This document shows, piece after piece, positions 61,262 to 64,000 of a stretch of 64,000 nt of DNA. How positions within the stretch are numbered: the stretch's first letter is position 1; every line of letters begins with the position of its first letter. A program made the position numbers and the translations under genes. The stretch spans positions 32,001-96,000 of IMG/VR virus record IMGVR_UViG_3300035183_000460. One strand, 5' to 3'. This stretch comes from a virus. Under the pieces are notes generated by a model. It saw only the letters and a list, made by a program, of their open reading frames with translations. It ran no database searches and had not been told where the DNA came from.

Positions 61262-62437
61262 ATGCCTGTTGAATTTTCTAATAATCTGACAAAAAGACAA
61301 TATGTTTGGAGTGAATTCAAAATACATCTTTCTGCAAGAAACGGCGCATTGCAATGTGAAAAATTTTCAGATCATTATATGATTTGGTTTTATGATGGTC
61401 CAGAAGTGTTCATTTGTAATATTTGGATTGGACCTGTTCCACATGATATATCATTACAATGGAATTTAACACAAAAACAAAATGATGATGATAAAAAAGA
61501 ATTTGAACAATATTATTTAAATACATGTAATTTGTCTATTTCTAAATTAGATAATACATCTAGATGTATAGTTGTTCCAGAACCAAGACTTGGTAATGAA
61601 GTAATTTATACTACTCACAATTTTTGTGATAAAGTAACTTGGTTTTCTACCAGTGAAAGAATTAATGATGAAGTATTAACATCTAAAGATGGTCATGTAT
61701 GGAAATCTGTTAATACTTATTGGATTGACATGATCTCAGGAAGAGTTCAAGATGATGATGGTTGGGTAGAACAACAAAGACAATTAAATCCGTCAGATCC
61801 TCATGGATACCAAGTTATTGTTAAAGTAGATGGAATTGAGAAAACAATGAGAGAACCATTTATGGAAGATGGTGGTGATTACGAAGTTTTTTGGGAAGAT
61901 GGCTACATCAAATCTTTTGAAGATTGGACAGGAAAAATTGTAACAGCGTCATATTCTAAAGCTATAGATAGCACATTTATTTTATCTCCATTGCCAGGTA
62001 CCAAATTAAATATTGAGGCTGCCGAGGCAGATTTTACTACAGATGTAGAAATGTGTGATTCTATTGAGTACAATATTTATGGTTATGCTAATATTTTTGC
62101 TCCAGAATTAGGACTGCCTGAAGGTACTAAAATTCCTCTTAAAAGAACTGTATACAAAAGATTATCTCAAATTTTTAATGAAGCTATTGGTGCGTATCCA
62201 TTGGTAGAAATTCATGGATCAAACCCTTATTATAATGCTATGAACAATAAAGATCGCAGAAAAGTTTCTCGTGGAATTTCTTCATATTTACAATCTATTC
62301 CATTTAGATATGGTACAATAAGACCACTTCAATCTAGCTTAGGTCTAGAAGTAAGAATAAAATTAACTCATAATATAGAGTTTAAAGGAGATATGGCTGT
62401 ATGTACTTTCTATTGTATATCAGAACCAGAAATTTAA
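61262..62437 (+). CDS. Putative structural protein
   Basis: SD gagga before ATG 61262; N domain paralogous to 60493. Confidence 0.6.
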   Translation: MPVEFSNNLTKRQYVWSEFKIHLSARNGALQCEKFSDHYMIWFYDGPEVFICNIWIGPVPHDISLQWNLTQKQNDDDKKEFEQYYLNTCNLSISKLDNTSRCIVVPEPRLGNEVIYTTHNFCDKVTWFSTSERINDEVLTSKDGHVWKSVNTYWIDMISGRVQDDDGWVEQQRQLNPSDPHGYQVIVKVDGIEKTMREPFMEDGGDYEVFWEDGYIKSFEDWTGKIVTASYSKAIDSTFILSPLPGTKLNIEAAEADFTTDVEMCDSIEYNIYGYANIFAPELGLPEGTKIPLKRTVYKRLSQIFNEAIGAYPLVEIHGSNPYYNAMNNKDRRKVSRGISSYLQSIPFRYGTIRPLQSSLGLEVRIKLTHNIEFKGDMAVCTFYCISEPEI

Positions 62438-62500
62438 TTAAATAATAAAGCATTATATTAATATTAATTCATTTAAATAACAATATGTGGAGTTGTATAT

Positions 62501-63364
62501 ATGAAAGCTCTTGTACTCAGTGGTGGCGGCTCTAAGGGAGCATATCAAGTTGGAGCTTTAAAATATATTTTAGGGGAACTTAAAATATCCTATGACGCCT
62601 TTTGTGGAATTTCTGTTGGTGCTATTAATAGTGCTTTTCTTGGTCAATTTAAATATGGAGAAGAACAATTATCAATAAATGAATTATGTAAACTTTGGAG
62701 TAGAGTAGAAACCAACAAAATATATAAACGATGGTTTCCATTTGGAATTTTACACGGATTTTGGTTACCTAGTCTAAAAAATAGCCGTCCATTACTTAAT
62801 TGGATAGAGTCAGAATTAGATATTAATAAAGTAAGAAATAGTGGTAAAATAGTTAAAGTTGGCGCCGTTTCTCTTAATACCGGAGAATATAAATTATTTG
62901 ATCAAAATTATGCAGATTTTCATAAGGCTGTTGCAGCATCATCATCATTTCCTGGATATTTAATACCAATTGAAATGGAAAATCAAATTTGGTCTGATGG
63001 TGGTGTTAAAGAAATAACACCATTACAAGCTGCTATTGATTTAGGGGCAGATGAAATAGATGTAATTATAACATCTCCGGAATATGATATATCCACTTTT
63101 GATAAAAAACCAAATGCTATTAATGTATTAAAAAGAACATTAGATTTAATGTCTGACGAGATCATAGCTAATGATATTGATAAAGCCTTACTTTATAATA
63201 AATTAGTAAAAGCAAATGTGGCACCAGATAAGAGATATATTAAATTGAATATAATTAGACCAGAAAAAGTTTTAATTGATGATTCTTTAGATTTTAGCCC
63301 ATCAAAAATAAAAGAAATGATGGATATTGGTTATTCTATGGCTAAATCTAAATATATATTATAA
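62501..63364 (+). CDS. Patatin-like phospholipase
   Basis: LVLSGGGSKGAYQVG; GISVG nucleophile elbow; ASSSFP; DGG. Confidence 0.92.
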   Translation: MKALVLSGGGSKGAYQVGALKYILGELKISYDAFCGISVGAINSAFLGQFKYGEEQLSINELCKLWSRVETNKIYKRWFPFGILHGFWLPSLKNSRPLLNWIESELDINKVRNSGKIVKVGAVSLNTGEYKLFDQNYADFHKAVAASSSFPGYLIPIEMENQIWSDGGVKEITPLQAAIDLGADEIDVIITSPEYDISTFDKKPNAINVLKRTLDLMSDEIIANDIDKALLYNKLVKANVAPDKRYIKLNIIRPEKVLIDDSLDFSPSKIKEMMDIGYSMAKSKYIL

Positions 63365-63392
63365 TTATATTGCATATATTTGGAGCTAATTA

Positions 63393-63740
63393 ATGGTAGT
63401 ATATACTAATATAGGTAAAAAAATACTTGGTAGAGATTTTAATTTTTTTCAAAAAAAAGCAATTTCTAATACTACTTTTGGCACAGTGGTTGATGGATAT
63501 AAGCCAGATATGATTATTACTGTTGCTACTAAATATGGAGGAGTAATATTTAATACAGAAGGAACTGGAACCAATACAGTTGAATATTCTTTTAATGGCA
63601 ACACTGTTCACGGTGAATTGGTTCCTGGAACAAACAGAGCAACTTTATATTTTAGAAATAGAAATATTAGTATGATATGGTTTAGGGTTAAACAAGGAAG
63701 TTCTGGACCAATTACTGTAAGTGTTGAGGCTTGGGAATAA
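63393..63740 (+). CDS. Small beta-rich hypothetical (structural?) protein
   Basis: SD ggag; VEYSFNG.TVHG.L. Confidence 0.65.
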   Translation: MVVYTNIGKKILGRDFNFFQKKAISNTTFGTVVDGYKPDMIITVATKYGGVIFNTEGTGTNTVEYSFNGNTVHGELVPGTNRATLYFRNRNISMIWFRVKQGSSGPITVSVEAWE

Positions 63741-63761
63741 TATGACATATCTCATACATAT

Positions 63762-64000
63762 ATGAGAGTTAAAAAGTTAGTTAAGCATAAATGTGAAATA
63801 GAATCGTGCAATGTAACTGACCCTAAATTGTTACATTTTCATCATATAATTGAAAGAACAGATATTAATACTACAAACCATACATATAATTTAGCAATTT
63901 TGTGTGCTAATTGTCATTCACTATGTCATACAGGACGATTAAATATTATCGGAGTTTATCCTGCAACAATACCACCTAATAATAGGATATTAATTTATGA
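63762..64000 (+). CDS. HNH endonuclease, 3' truncated by window edge
   Basis: MRVKKLVKHKCEIESC...LHFHHIIER...NHTYNLAILCANCHSLCH; absent from the ORF track. Confidence 0.8.
   Translation, partial: MRVKKLVKHKCEIESCNVTDPKLLHFHHIIERTDINTTNHTYNLAILCANCHSLCHTGRLNIIGVYPATIPPNNRILIY

Noticed and set aside
63994-64000. tttatga at the window edge as a fourth IS end
   Set aside because: Only 7 AT-rich bases, in frame within the HNH ORF; cannot be judged

Overview
A 64-kb AT-rich, gene-dense segment of a large (jumbo/huge) tailed dsDNA phage, read in the standard genetic code and almost entirely on the + strand. ~1-16.7 kb is a replication/recombination/proteostasis module: RecB/Cas4-like nuclease, full trigger factor, M41-like peptidase, DnaE, UvsY-like, RecA, gp32-like SSB, RuvC-like, DnaJ, Zn-ribbon protein plus ZBD-less primase, sigma/HTH, GIY-YIG endonuclease. 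~17-51 kb is an expanded head module: terminase, portal, protease-scaffold, decoration proteins and HK97-like major capsid, interleaved with ~20 unknown proteins and three enzymes (CCA/polyA-type nucleotidyltransferase, GH73 hydrolase, CX5R phosphatase). ~51-64 kb holds two LAGLIDADG genes (one fused to a DNA methyltransferase), virion structural genes, a patatin and a truncated HNH. Main observations: (1) head-module proteins share three short motifs (K-x-A, an 'AHP..VE' module, an 'A..LD..G...A' helix pair), suggesting a capsid-targeting and processing code; (2) three IS200/IS605 end remnants, each at a TTTAT target, two directly in front of homing-endonuclease genes and one apparently a collapsed LE/RE hybrid; (3) two -1 frameshifts at A-runs; (4) a LAGLIDADG-methyltransferase fusion. 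All calls come from motif recognition by eye; no searches were run.
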